Shown piece by piece: positions 19,172 to 29,111 of a DNA stretch of 64,000 nt. Location: positions 7,489 through 71,488 of IMG/VR virus record IMGVR_UViG_3300034418_007971, one strand, 5' to 3'. The notes under the pieces are model-generated. The model saw only the letters and a list, made by a program, of their open reading frames with translations, was not told where the DNA came from and did no database searches. Each line of letters opens with the position of its first letter. Position 1 is the stretch's first letter. The stretch is from a virus. The position numbers and the translations under genes are program-made.

Positions 19172-21052
19172 TTAGTCATTTAGAAGTGAATTCAACTTTT
19201 TTTCTATTTCACCTAAAGACTGTCTACCTTTAGATAAGTCTAATATACTTTTACCTTTTATTAAGTCGTCCTCGACTAATAAATCTAAGTCTTTATTTCT
19301 TACTAGTCTTTCGGTTGGAGTTTCTTCGGGCGCAGTGTCTCCCCCTCCTTCATCACCACCTAAATCACCACCTAAATCACCACCTAAATCACCACCTAAG
19401 TCACCACCTAAGTCACCACCTAAGTCACCACCTAAGTCACCACCTAAATCACCTGTACCTGAATCAGTTGTTTCATCACCTAATGGGTCACCTCCTTCAC
19501 CTGGTTTATTACCATATAGTTTATCTATATTTGCGAATACACCAGTTTTACTAATAACTTCGGATGTCTTTTCAAGTTCGGCAGCAACCGCTTTTTCGAT
19601 TCTTTGTTGTTGTAAGTCTAATTTAATTTCCTCGTCACTAAAACCAAGTATGTGCTTCTTAGCCCAAGATGAGGAAACGGGTAAGATACCAGTTCCTGGG
19701 TCAGTAACAGCATCTCTATATAATTGAATTTTTTGTTGCCATTGCTCAACTTTGAGTAAGTCCGCTTGTGTAGAAGGATTAGTAAGACCTAAAGTAAAAT
19801 TACCTAATTCATCTTCAAAACCTAAAAGGTAAAGGTGTATAATTGCAATTTTATTTAGTTCTTGAATCATCGACTTTTGAATTCTGTTTATAGTTCTAGC
19901 AAATCTTATATCCTGTAATGATAAGTTTTTACCGTCACCAACAACCTCTTCAAATCCTAAGAATGCTTTGGGTACTCTTAGAGATGTTAAAAGTTTCTTC
20001 TGAATGTATTCTATATCTGCAATTTCAGATAGGTTTTGTGCACCTGGCAATGTATCTATAGGGTTAGGTGCGTTAGGGTCTCTAACGGGAATAAAATAGT
20101 CTTGGTCGACCGCCATTTGATTGTATCTTAAATCGACATTTCCGTTACTCGAATCTACAACTTGGTCTCTCTTAAATTTGTTTGCCACTCTATTTACGTA
20201 TGGTTCAACATCCTTGTCGTCCATATTTCCAACAAATACTTTAAATACTCTTCTTTCAGGTGCTCGCGATGTTCTATAGATTAACATGGCATCTTCTGAT
20301 AGTATTAACTGTTTCCAAATTCTTCTACCTTTTTCCAACATAGATGTCCCGTATGGTAGTTTTCTATCGTCACCTAATAATCTAAAGTGAGCAATCTCCC
20401 AAGTATTAAATTCCATGTCTTTATTTTGCCATAAAAACTTTAGCGCATCATTCTCCGTATTTGTTGAGTTACGTTCAGGCTTCATTTTCATACCTCTCTC
20501 CTGTCTATTAATCTCAATATTAGGTAGTTGTTGTGCACCCATAATACCTTTTTCAGGGTCTAATTTCAGATAAACAAAATTGTCACCATACTTACATGTA
20601 TTTCTTGTCCACATAGGTAAGTTAGTATTAATATCTAATCTGTTATTAAACAAATCACCTAAAACAGATTTAATTCTTTTACTTTCCGAATATATCTGTA
20701 ACATATAACCGTCTTCATCGGGAGTAGTAGATTCTTCTGAGTATATATCTAAGGCGGCGGAAATTTCAGGAGTATACTCCATACTTTCATAATCATAAAA
20801 GGAGGCTAAACGAGTTGGTTCATAATAAACTGCTTGTGTATAAAGATTGTTTTCAATCTTTTGCCATTGTTGACCTAAATAAAGGGTTTGTTGTGCTTGT
20901 AACTTCTCTCTCTCATACTCTTGTTTATTAGTTGTCTTGAGTATTTGTTTTTTGTCGAAGTTATATACGGGTGGTTGTTGGTCCAAAGTTGAATCGGGAC
21001 CAAATACTCTTGTTAACCTTTGCCAAATCGTATAATTATTCTTTTCCGCCAT
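19172..21052 (-). CDS. Portal protein (T4 gp20-like)
   Basis: EDAMLIYRTSRAPERRVF, DYFIPVR, IDTLPGAQNL, DIEY.QKKL..SLRVP. Confidence 0.95.
   Translation of the reverse strand: MAEKNNYTIWQRLTRVFGPDSTLDQQPPVYNFDKKQILKTTNKQEYEREKLQAQQTLYLGQQWQKIENNLYTQAVYYEPTRLASFYDYESMEYTPEISAALDIYSEESTTPDEDGYMLQIYSESKRIKSVLGDLFNNRLDINTNLPMWTRNTCKYGDNFVYLKLDPEKGIMGAQQLPNIEINRQERGMKMKPERNSTNTENDALKFLWQNKDMEFNTWEIAHFRLLGDDRKLPYGTSMLEKGRRIWKQLILSEDAMLIYRTSRAPERRVFKVFVGNMDDKDVEPYVNRVANKFKRDQVVDSSNGNVDLRYNQMAVDQDYFIPVRDPNAPNPIDTLPGAQNLSEIADIEYIQKKLLTSLRVPKAFLGFEEVVGDGKNLSLQDIRFARTINRIQKSMIQELNKIAIIHLYLLGFEDELGNFTLGLTNPSTQADLLKVEQWQQKIQLYRDAVTDPGTGILPVSSSWAKKHILGFSDEEIKLDLQQQRIEKAVAAELEKTSEVISKTGVFANIDKLYGNKPGEGGDPLGDETTDSGTGDLGGDLGGDLGGDLGGDLGGDLGGDLGGDLGGDEGGGDTAPEETPTERLVRNKDLDLLVEDDLIKGKSILDLSKGRQSLGEIEKKLNSLLND
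19353..19453 (-). repeat. 12-nt tandem repeat x8 encoding (GGDL)n in the portal C-tail
   Basis: TCACCACCTAAR repeated 8 times. Confidence 0.95.
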
Positions 21053-21095
21053 AGTTTTTTAGATAAATATAAACTTTACCCGAATTAATTAAAGG

Positions 21096-22871
21096 TTATC
21101 TTCTTCTACCTCCAAATAACCAGTTATATTGTTCGTAATCTTGTTTTGTGATTCCATTTGGTCGGTAGTGATTGTTATTGTTTGGCATGACGGGTAAACC
21201 AGGATTAAAGTCTTTAGATGAATTTTTAACAGGAGTTTCATTGACCATCCAACTCTCCATCATCGCCTTGGTCTGTTCAGTAACCTTTTCAAGTTGTGTA
21301 AATGAGTTTTCACCAACATATATCGCCATAGCCATTGCCATGATAAGGTCGTCGTGTTGCCCTTTAATGTGGTCAGGTCTTCCGTTAATATATACAAACG
21401 TATTTAATTCATTCATTAAACGAGAAGAACGAACAATAAAGTTATGTCTTAAGGCTTCTTCAAATGACGCAACAATTTGAACACGTTTTGAATTAAAATT
21501 AAGACCTGGTATTTTTTCTATCGCTTTTGGGTTGTATTTCCATTTGTCAGCAGCATTTATACCATCAACATACAAATCCTTATAATTCATTTCCTGAAGT
21601 TTACGAGCGGTAGAAACTCCCATACCCCCAGTGATATCAATCACAACAAACGCAGAATACATAGTCGCCCATTTAAACGCGACTTCAGCGGCAACATCAG
21701 GTGGTACCTTACCCAAATACTCTAGTACCTGTTCTCTCTCATCAAAATCTATAATACAGAATGTTGTAAAGTCCTCACTATCACCACGAGAAACATCAAT
21801 ACCCATAATATATTTGTGACCCACCACAGGTTCTTTCCATTGCCATAACGCACCCCCCATAAATTTGTTTTCAGGTTCACGAATAAAGTTTTCCTTAATT
21901 TTTTCTACCGTATCAGAAGGAATAACATTGTCACCCGAACCCAAGAAATTACACTCTAATTCCTGTGCAATCTTACGTCTGTCAAACTTAAGTTTTTTAG
22001 CCATACCCTCAAACCATGATGAATATGGTTTGTACCCATCCAAGAAATGTGTTTTTATTTCTTCAAAATCCCTTTCCATGGGATTTATATGTGAATAATC
22101 TAATGTTATCTCTTCATCTTTATAGTCTTCTCTATTCAACATATAATGAACAATATCATTACACTTAATTAATTTTAAATCTCTTGCATATCGAGGGTCA
22201 CGGTACCAAAACATTTCGGTAATCTTAAAGTCATTCATACCTCGTAATGATTGGTCATAAATAGAGTAATATATACGGTCAAAACCGTTAGGTGTTGATA
22301 TCACAATCACTTTACCACCTGTAGAAAGTGATGCCATACACGCAGACCAAAAATCGTTATCCGCTTCAATAAACGCGGCCTCATCAAACACAAGTATCGT
22401 GGGGGTATATCCACGAAGTGCGTCTTTAGAAGTTGCCACTGACTTTACCTCACAACCATTAGTAAGTTTGTAATGCCTTTGTGAATTCTTTTCATTAGAA
22501 AAATCAACACCGAACCAAGAAGGCCATTGCTCTATAAACGCACGAATTTTACCCGCCATCTCGACAGAGGTATCAAGTTTGTTAGCGATTATAAGTATTT
22601 TCTCAGGTTTACTTTTAGATGCGGTTACTAATTTCTTTGATACCCATGCAGATGTTACTGTTGATACACCCGCTTGTCGATACTTTAATGCTATATTCTC
22701 TTCAAACTTATCATAATCCTTAATTAAACTTTCTTGGTCAGGAAATAATCTTAAAGGTACATATTTTGACTGTGTATTGTCATAAGTCTGTAGATATGTT
22801 CTTAACGCATACGAGGTGTCTTTAACACACCTCGCATACTCTAATAATACTTTTTCTCTAGTTAACGCCAT
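21096..22871 (-). CDS. Terminase large subunit
   Basis: KYRQAGVS Walker A, LVFDEAAF Walker B, ISTPNG, QELEC.F, GIDVSRG..DF, HDDLIMA nuclease motifs. Confidence 0.95.
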   Translation of the reverse strand: MALTREKVLLEYARCVKDTSYALRTYLQTYDNTQSKYVPLRLFPDQESLIKDYDKFEENIALKYRQAGVSTVTSAWVSKKLVTASKSKPEKILIIANKLDTSVEMAGKIRAFIEQWPSWFGVDFSNEKNSQRHYKLTNGCEVKSVATSKDALRGYTPTILVFDEAAFIEADNDFWSACMASLSTGGKVIVISTPNGFDRIYYSIYDQSLRGMNDFKITEMFWYRDPRYARDLKLIKCNDIVHYMLNREDYKDEEITLDYSHINPMERDFEEIKTHFLDGYKPYSSWFEGMAKKLKFDRRKIAQELECNFLGSGDNVIPSDTVEKIKENFIREPENKFMGGALWQWKEPVVGHKYIMGIDVSRGDSEDFTTFCIIDFDEREQVLEYLGKVPPDVAAEVAFKWATMYSAFVVIDITGGMGVSTARKLQEMNYKDLYVDGINAADKWKYNPKAIEKIPGLNFNSKRVQIVASFEEALRHNFIVRSSRLMNELNTFVYINGRPDHIKGQHDDLIMAMAMAIYVGENSFTQLEKVTEQTKAMMESWMVNETPVKNSSKDFNPGLPVMPNNNNHYRPNGITKQDYEQYNWLFGGRRR

Positions 22872-22891
22872 ATAGACATTTTAGTAAGAAT

Positions 22892-24190
22892 TTATGTTAA
22901 AGAAATACCTAAATCACCTAATAAGTCTGAAAGACCACTATCATCATCGTCATCGTCATCATCACTGTATTGTGACATCGCGTCTTCATATTCGTATCCC
23001 TTTAACTCGTCAATAATTTCATCGACCATTTTTGACACTAAGTTTTTACCTTCATCTGAACCTGATAGAATCATTTTAGCTACCTCAAAAAATTCATCAG
23101 TAGATAATGATGAAAATCTTGAGAATAAATAATTTTGTATTTCTCTCATATCATCCTCATATAATTTATCAGGATATGATTGTGTGAATTTATCCCATAT
23201 TACAGGACCTAACCTTAAATCCCAAACCTCATAAGGTAAAGTGTCTGTTTGACCCATAACCATTTCGGCAGCTTTAGGGTCATCTGGTAGACCTTGTGTA
23301 CCTAAAACCTCATAAACACCTTTTATAAGTTCGTGAACCAACACAGGAAAGAATAAACCTTTAGCCTTAATTGTTGGTGGGTCTGTAGTATCATCTACTT
23401 CTTCTGAGCCTTGTACTCCTTCTCCACTACTCGCGGCACCCATAATCATTTGGTCAGGCATAATCCAATATAAAAGGTCATTAATTGACATTAATACTCC
23501 ATAAAGATTCAATAGTCGAGGGTTAATAGTGTTTAATTGTTCCTCAACTAAATGAAACATATAATGACCTTTTTTAGACGCACCTTGTATTAAAGAATTA
23601 ATAAATCTTCTTTTAGCCTTTTCTAAATCGAATTTTTCAAAAGCTGCCATAAAATTTTCTAAATCATCTTCAGCTTCATCAGAACTTATACCAAACTGTT
23701 GTTGTACCTCTTCATCATCAATTTCTTCAGGTTCTGATATCATTTGTGAAGTATCTATTTGACCTGGCATCGATGTTAGTTCGACATCATATTGAAAAGC
23801 ATCGTCGGGTATAGATAATTCTTTCTTAACTAAATCAACAGCTAACTGTTCTAAAAATCCTTCATTATTGGATTCTATAGACTTTACCTCTTGTACTGAC
23901 TGCATCAACATCATCTGAAGTTGCATAAATGCGTTTTGACCTGATATGTCCTCCATACCAGTATAACGCTTTACCTTTTCAACTACCTGTTTAAATCTTT
24001 CTGAGGCTACCAATTCGGCAAACGAATTATCAAATTCATCTTCTTCTTTTCCTGGTAATGCAGGATTATCTGATAAAGGAGTTTCACCACTAGAAATCTT
24101 TCTTTCTATTTCTCTGTCCATTCTTTCAGGACCATCATATTCTATCTGTTCTTTGATAGAATTAATAATATTTTTTGTCAACTTACTCAT
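22892..24190 (-). CDS. Conserved-looking hypothetical head-cluster protein
   Basis: 432 aa, acidic, 'PVLVHELIKG'; N-terminal IKEQ tag. Confidence 0.7.
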   Translation of the reverse strand: MSKLTKNIINSIKEQIEYDGPERMDREIERKISSGETPLSDNPALPGKEEDEFDNSFAELVASERFKQVVEKVKRYTGMEDISGQNAFMQLQMMLMQSVQEVKSIESNNEGFLEQLAVDLVKKELSIPDDAFQYDVELTSMPGQIDTSQMISEPEEIDDEEVQQQFGISSDEAEDDLENFMAAFEKFDLEKAKRRFINSLIQGASKKGHYMFHLVEEQLNTINPRLLNLYGVLMSINDLLYWIMPDQMIMGAASSGEGVQGSEEVDDTTDPPTIKAKGLFFPVLVHELIKGVYEVLGTQGLPDDPKAAEMVMGQTDTLPYEVWDLRLGPVIWDKFTQSYPDKLYEDDMREIQNYLFSRFSSLSTDEFFEVAKMILSGSDEGKNLVSKMVDEIIDELKGYEYEDAMSQYSDDDDDDDDSGLSDLLGDLGISLT

Positions 24191-25046
24191 CTCTGAATTT
24201 AATATTTAAGTTGTTAAACTTAAGGAATTCAGGTAAACCTTGTTCCTCACCAGCCTTCGGTTTTGGACTGTGTTTTGGTTTGTATGGCGTACCTCTCTCC
24301 GGTTTAACTCCTGGTTTAACTGTTGGTCTTGCAGGTTTAACTTCCGTACCCGCTTTAGGTTTTGGACTGTGTTTTGGTTTGTACGGAGTACCTCTTTCAG
24401 GTCTAACTCCAGGTTTAACTGTTGGTTTCACAGGTGCAATGCTTGGTCCCTGCTCAAGAATATCTTTCTTAGTAAACATCTTACCTTGTGATTTATTAAT
24501 CAAAGATAAGATACTTTCTTCAATCTGTCTAACCTTTTCTTCTGTTTCTTCGAACATACCTAATGTAGTAATAGGTGTTTTCATTTTTTTCTTCGAACTA
24601 CCGAATAATTCTTCTAATACTTCATCTTCATTTATATCTCCAAAGAACTCTTCGTTAGACATCATTTTTCTATTATTATCAGAATCATCATCCATACCAT
24701 CAGGAGCCATATCATCCGCATCATGAGGCATTTCTTGACCTGTAGCTGTTTGCATCGCTAATTTACCTAATGCATTAGATGAGTCAATTTCTTCTTCCAT
24801 TTGTTTTGTTACAGTAACTGAACCATCCTCATTAGGTATAACTGTACCATTAACATTAAGACCCCCATCTCTTTTCAGTTTATCAATTTCAGTTTTACTA
24901 TACGTTGTCTTTTCTACAGTAGTAGTTTCCGCTTCTTCAATACTTTCGTATATCTTATTAATATGTAAATTAGACATCTTTTTAATAGTTTCATATGAGA
25001 AACCCTCCTCAAGAAGTCTTACGATTTTTTTTTCTTTATTCTTCAT
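24183..25046 (-). CDS. Hypothetical protein with Pro/Lys-rich repeats
   Basis: 287 aa; many LxE sites; duplicated PTVKPGV.PERGTPYKPKHSPKPKAG. Confidence 0.7.
   Translation of the reverse strand: MKNKEKKIVRLLEEGFSYETIKKMSNLHINKIYESIEEAETTTVEKTTYSKTEIDKLKRDGGLNVNGTVIPNEDGSVTVTKQMEEEIDSSNALGKLAMQTATGQEMPHDADDMAPDGMDDDSDNNRKMMSNEEFFGDINEDEVLEELFGSSKKKMKTPITTLGMFEETEEKVRQIEESILSLINKSQGKMFTKKDILEQGPSIAPVKPTVKPGVRPERGTPYKPKHSPKPKAGTEVKPARPTVKPGVKPERGTPYKPKHSPKPKAGEEQGLPEFLKFNNLNIKFRDE
24249..24426 (-). repeat. Imperfect direct repeat x2, 99-nt period
   Basis: TTTTGGACTGTGTTTTGGTTTGTA at 24261 and 24360. Confidence 0.85.
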
Positions 25047-25446
25047 GGTTTACAAAACTTTTCTCATATGAAAGGACAATATCTCTTTCATATAATTTAT
25101 CTTCTACGGATTTAATTGTATCTCCATACCTGAAGACCAATCTTTTATAGTTACTATCAACTACAAACTCAGAATCGGATTTTTCCCATCCTAAAGATAT
25201 AACACCTTCCACTGCGTCATAAACAGAAAAAAAGTCGGAGTTTTGAACTAGTTCCAACTCAATATCTGAGTTTCTCAAAACACCAACTTTTTTAATATAT
25301 TCAATATTGGGAGGTAAAGGTTTTCCTGAAGCTGGTTCAGAGTCCCAATCTTCACCCCACACTTCTTCTACGTCAGAGAATATAAACTCATAGATATTAT
25401 CCCCTTTATAGTTGGGACCCAATTCGTTGACGTAGACTAACCTCAT
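25036..25446 (-). CDS. Hypothetical protein
   Basis: 136 aa, translationally coupled. Confidence 0.7.
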   Translation of the reverse strand: MRLVYVNELGPNYKGDNIYEFIFSDVEEVWGEDWDSEPASGKPLPPNIEYIKKVGVLRNSDIELELVQNSDFFSVYDAVEGVISLGWEKSDSEFVVDSNYKRLVFRYGDTIKSVEDKLYERDIVLSYEKSFVNHEE

Positions 25447-26630
25447 AATAATTCCCCATTAGGTGATACTTTCAACTGTTTACCGTCAACCTCAAATACT
25501 AAGTTACTTTTGTTTGTTTTACCTAAAAACTTAGAATTTTTATTTTCTTTCATGATAAACTCTGAAGTTAATTCTTGCTCTAAAGTTTCAGACATTTCTT
25601 TAACTTCAGACTTAACTTTAACTTTATTTACTTTTTCTGTGATAAACTTTTTTATGTTTTTTGACTCAGTTTCTTTTTTTTCTTCTTCTGAAATTATGAA
25701 ATACTTTGATATTACCTTATCAATCTTAGATTCAGTAAAGACTTCGTCTAAAACATTATTAATTCCATGACCTTCGCCTAATTCTTCATCACCCACAGGT
25801 TCTTCTTCCATATCTAAGTCTAAATCTAACTCATCACCTTCTTCATCACCTGCTTCTATATCAAGTTCTCCCTCAACTCCGTAATCAATTTCCTCATCCT
25901 CAAAATTAGCTAAAACATCCTCCAAGTCTTCTTCTGATAAGTTTTCTAAATTCACGGCAGATATAACTGAATTTAAAACATACTTAATGTCTTCAGAAGA
26001 TAGTCCTTCTTGAGAATCTAATGTTCTTAACTTTTGACCTAACTTCCCTGTTAGTTTTTGAATTAATTTAAAAGAAATATCTTCTTCCTCTCCTTCAACG
26101 CCCTCAGGTTCTGACTCATCACCTAAATCCATATCTAAATCTAACTCTTCGTCACCTTCAGGAGTATCTAAATCCAAGTCTAAATCTAAATCTTCACCAC
26201 CCTCTTCAGGTGCGGGTAATGCCTCAGGTGCATCTCCCATGTCGCTCATTTCAGATTCAGGTGTTTTTAAAACAAACTTTTTTTGCTCACCGATTAAATT
26301 AATATTTTCACTATGTTCATGTAGTCTATTTAATTCACCAGCTAAAAGGTTTATTTGTTTCATTGCCTGAGAATATGACCTGTGGTATTTTCTGTTTTTC
26401 ATTGGTTCACGATAATCCATTTCGGATTCGTTAATTCCTGACTTTACAATGTATCCATTTTTTTCATTTACAATACCGTAATAATTACCGTCAGCTAATT
26501 GAATTGTATAGTCGGCTTTACTTTCATTTATATTTTGTGAAGGCTCGTTATAACGAGCAATTTCAAGGATACGGTTAATTTTCTCCATACCTTGTAATTT
26601 TTCACTTCCTAAAGGGTTTAAATCTGCCAT
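25443..26630 (-). CDS. Acidic hypothetical protein, probable prohead core/internal protein
   Basis: 'KINRILEI...INES' tag; DLDLD acidic stretches; scaffold-like composition. Confidence 0.65.
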   Translation of the reverse strand: MADLNPLGSEKLQGMEKINRILEIARYNEPSQNINESKADYTIQLADGNYYGIVNEKNGYIVKSGINESEMDYREPMKNRKYHRSYSQAMKQINLLAGELNRLHEHSENINLIGEQKKFVLKTPESEMSDMGDAPEALPAPEEGGEDLDLDLDLDTPEGDEELDLDMDLGDESEPEGVEGEEEDISFKLIQKLTGKLGQKLRTLDSQEGLSSEDIKYVLNSVISAVNLENLSEEDLEDVLANFEDEEIDYGVEGELDIEAGDEEGDELDLDLDMEEEPVGDEELGEGHGINNVLDEVFTESKIDKVISKYFIISEEEKKETESKNIKKFITEKVNKVKVKSEVKEMSETLEQELTSEFIMKENKNSKFLGKTNKSNLVFEVDGKQLKVSPNGELL

Positions 26631-26655
26631 ATTTTTGTTTTTTAAAATTCGTTAA

Positions 26656-26838
26656 TTACATAAAGACACCATTTCCTCCAAGTTTCACGCTTCCACATTG
26701 AATTCTTTCTTGAGTCTCCCAAGTATTACCTGAGACGTATACTTCCACAGTTGCCACTGAATGTACTGTGGGTGTACTACCTGAATATAAGTTATACGTT
26801 GTTGACGCGCTTTGGGTACATGCTGTAAAACCTGCCAT
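26656..26838 (-). CDS. Small hypothetical virion protein
   Basis: 60 aa, Thr/Ser/Gly-rich, late motif at 26850. Confidence 0.6.
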   Translation of the reverse strand: MAGFTACTQSASTTYNLYSGSTPTVHSVATVEVYVSGNTWETQERIQCGSVKLGGNGVFM

Positions 26839-26897
26839 GATGATATTTTTATAAATAAATATGTGATAAATTAGTATTTTCTAATATTTACTATCTA

Positions 26898-27638
26898 TTA
26901 CTTTAAATTTTCTTGTATTGATAGACTCTTATCTATCAAATTATTTTTATAATCAAAAAGTTTTTGGATATACCCGTTACGTCTTAAAAATTTAAAAACT
27001 AAATTTTCGTAAGAATATTCACCTCCTTTTTCAAGACCACTCGTCCTAAACTTTTTTATTTTATCTTTAACCGAGTCTAGTTTTTCAACAGAGTCGTCTA
27101 AATCACCAACTTCCAAATCTTCAATAGTATTATCGATAATTTCCATCCAATGATGTGATTTATCTTCTATTTTTTTTCTGTCTATTTTAACTTCTTTTGC
27201 TACTGGTTGTTTTAACCATTCATCATATAATACTGAATAGACACCTGTAGACATATGTGGTTCATTCATATCTTGAACATATAATTCAACTTCATAACCT
27301 TTTACTGTAATATCGTGTTGGGAATTAAAAACAGTTCTTTTTAAATTAAATAAGTCTTTAAATAGTTCTTCTTGTTCTCCCGACTCTTTAAAATCATAAA
27401 TTATGTGTAAGTCGATATCAGAATACTCTGACCAGTTAAAATTAGCTAAAGAACCCGTCATTGTTACGTCCTGTATAAAAATATCAAAACCTAAAAATTC
27501 TACGAATTTATTCGCAATATCTAATAACCCATCTCTTATTTCTGGTTTCATTTCTGATGACTCTACGTCAGCATAATTTTCCCAAATCTCAGGATTCAAA
27601 GTATCTTTAACAAAAAAACTACTAATTATATTATCCAT
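26898..27638 (-). CDS. Pol-beta superfamily nucleotidyltransferase
   Basis: TGSLANFNWSEYSDIDLH (GS...DxD) plus VELYVQD third carboxylate. Confidence 0.8.
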   Translation of the reverse strand: MDNIISSFFVKDTLNPEIWENYADVESSEMKPEIRDGLLDIANKFVEFLGFDIFIQDVTMTGSLANFNWSEYSDIDLHIIYDFKESGEQEELFKDLFNLKRTVFNSQHDITVKGYEVELYVQDMNEPHMSTGVYSVLYDEWLKQPVAKEVKIDRKKIEDKSHHWMEIIDNTIEDLEVGDLDDSVEKLDSVKDKIKKFRTSGLEKGGEYSYENLVFKFLRRNGYIQKLFDYKNNLIDKSLSIQENLK

Positions 27639-27885
27639 TTTTTTCTATTTTATTGTAAGTAAATTTTCTTGCAACTTCTTTATTAAAGAAACTACCTTGG
27701 GATTCTGCCATTCTAAACTTAGTAAAAACTGAGTGTGGAACATCCTCATATTCATACTGAATATCTCCTTTGAATGTTACTAGTAACTTCCTATTTGAGG
27801 TGTCGTACTCAACTTTTCTAAGTGTCGTCGAATCAATCTCACAGATTATTTTTTTACCTATTATTCTTTCCGTTTTTATACTCAT
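27631..27885 (-). CDS. KTSC-domain protein
   Basis: S.TL..V.YD.....L.V.F......Y.Y.DVP..V...F..AES.GSFFN. Confidence 0.85.
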   Translation of the reverse strand: MSIKTERIIGKKIICEIDSTTLRKVEYDTSNRKLLVTFKGDIQYEYEDVPHSVFTKFRMAESQGSFFNKEVARKFTYNKIEKNG

Positions 27886-27890
27886 AAATA

Positions 27891-28424
27891 TTATTTTCTA
27901 TCAGATTTATCATTATCATCCATCCACGCACCTATTATAGTATTATCAATTCTAAATTTACATACATATGCATCTTCTTCTGTACCCGAAGTGGTCATTA
28001 TTTTAGTACCATCCTTTTTACCATAACCATCCATAGTACCAAACTGTATTAACGTTTTAAATGTTGAACCTCCTTCTGGTCTACAATGTGATAGGGCGTG
28101 ATATAATGTACTACATGCTATGTTCGCGTCTATAGATTTTTTAGAAAAGACGGTTTCTTTCGGACCAATAAAATACTCCATCCCACACACCGTCGGTACA
28201 TTAATGTTCTCATTTTCAATCTCAACTTCTGTATTAACAGTGCTTGGTTCTTCTACCGTTTTAAATTTACTTAACCTGTCTTTAATAAATTCTTTACCTT
28301 TTTCAAAACCTTTTTTTATACCATCTCTTATTCCTCTTAAAAACCCTTGCTCATCAAGTTCCGATTCTGTAATACCCATTAACTCACGATTACGTCTTAC
28401 TTCATTTAAAATATGTTTGTTCAT
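27891..28424 (-). CDS. Hypothetical protein with N-terminal ILNEV.R.RELM tag
   Basis: 177 aa; late motif at 28438. Confidence 0.7.
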   Translation of the reverse strand: MNKHILNEVRRNRELMGITESELDEQGFLRGIRDGIKKGFEKGKEFIKDRLSKFKTVEEPSTVNTEVEIENENINVPTVCGMEYFIGPKETVFSKKSIDANIACSTLYHALSHCRPEGGSTFKTLIQFGTMDGYGKKDGTKIMTTSGTEEDAYVCKFRIDNTIIGAWMDDNDKSDRK

Positions 28425-28455
28425 AATAACATTTTACTATAAATACTTAGGAGAA

Positions 28456-28490
28456 TAAAAAACCCCTCAGTTTGTATGAGGGGTTATTTA
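28456..28490 (-). terminator. Intrinsic terminator
   Basis: AACCCCTCA-GTTTGTA-TGAGGGGTT with an A-tract on its left. Confidence 0.7.
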
Positions 28491-28931
28491 TTAGGAGTTA
28501 TACTTCTTAATTTTATCTCGAAGTTTGATTGCTTTTTCAAAATCTTGTTTAGAAACTGCTTCATCTAATTGTGATTGTAATTCCTGAATCTTTTCTTTAT
28601 TAGATTCGATAGAATTAATCTTATCTCTCAGTTGAGCTGCAGTTTCGTAGTCTTGTGATTCTACAGCTTTGTTCATTTTATCTTTTAATACTGAAACCTC
28701 ACTTGAATCTTTTTTAGGTGCTGTGTTACCATAACGGTAAATGGAAGTTACCTGATAGGTTCCATCTTCTGATGTAAATGTTTCTTTTGTCCAAGCACCA
28801 TTCTCATCTTCACCACTATCAACATCTTTTTTACCTCTTACGACCATAGGGTTGTTATAGGAACCGAATCCATCAAATAATGAGTCAAACTCAGAGAACA
28901 AGTCATTAAAATTAAATTTTCTACGTAACAT
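28491..28931 (-). CDS. Double UVR-domain protein, putative ClpC adaptor
   Basis: Two UvrB/C motifs (MNKAVESQDYETAAQLRDKI; LDEAVSKQDFEKAIKLRDKI); divergent from clpC. Confidence 0.75.
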   Translation of the reverse strand: MLRRKFNFNDLFSEFDSLFDGFGSYNNPMVVRGKKDVDSGEDENGAWTKETFTSEDGTYQVTSIYRYGNTAPKKDSSEVSVLKDKMNKAVESQDYETAAQLRDKINSIESNKEKIQELQSQLDEAVSKQDFEKAIKLRDKIKKYNS

Positions 28932-29012
28932 TTTTGGTTTTTTTATTTAAGTTTATTAATTTTACACTCATATTATGAATATCGTGCCAAACGATAAATT
29001 ATACCATTACAC

Positions 29013-29056
29013 TGACATTATGTCATACAAATTAAAAATGAACTGACAAAATGTCA
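29013..29056. promoter_or_regulatory. Paired palindromic operators TGACA-N3-TGTCA
   Basis: TGACATTATGTCA at 29013-29025 and TGACAAAATGTCA at 29044-29056, 31 bp apart, in the divergent intergenic region. Confidence 0.7.
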
Positions 29057-29111
29057 ATAGTTGATTTAGTGGTATAATCTTTACTATAATTGAACTAAAT
29101 AATTTTTAAAT

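Noticed and set aside
19315-19727. His-rich and SPPK-repeat ORFs
   Set aside because: Antisense frames of the portal GGDL repeat.
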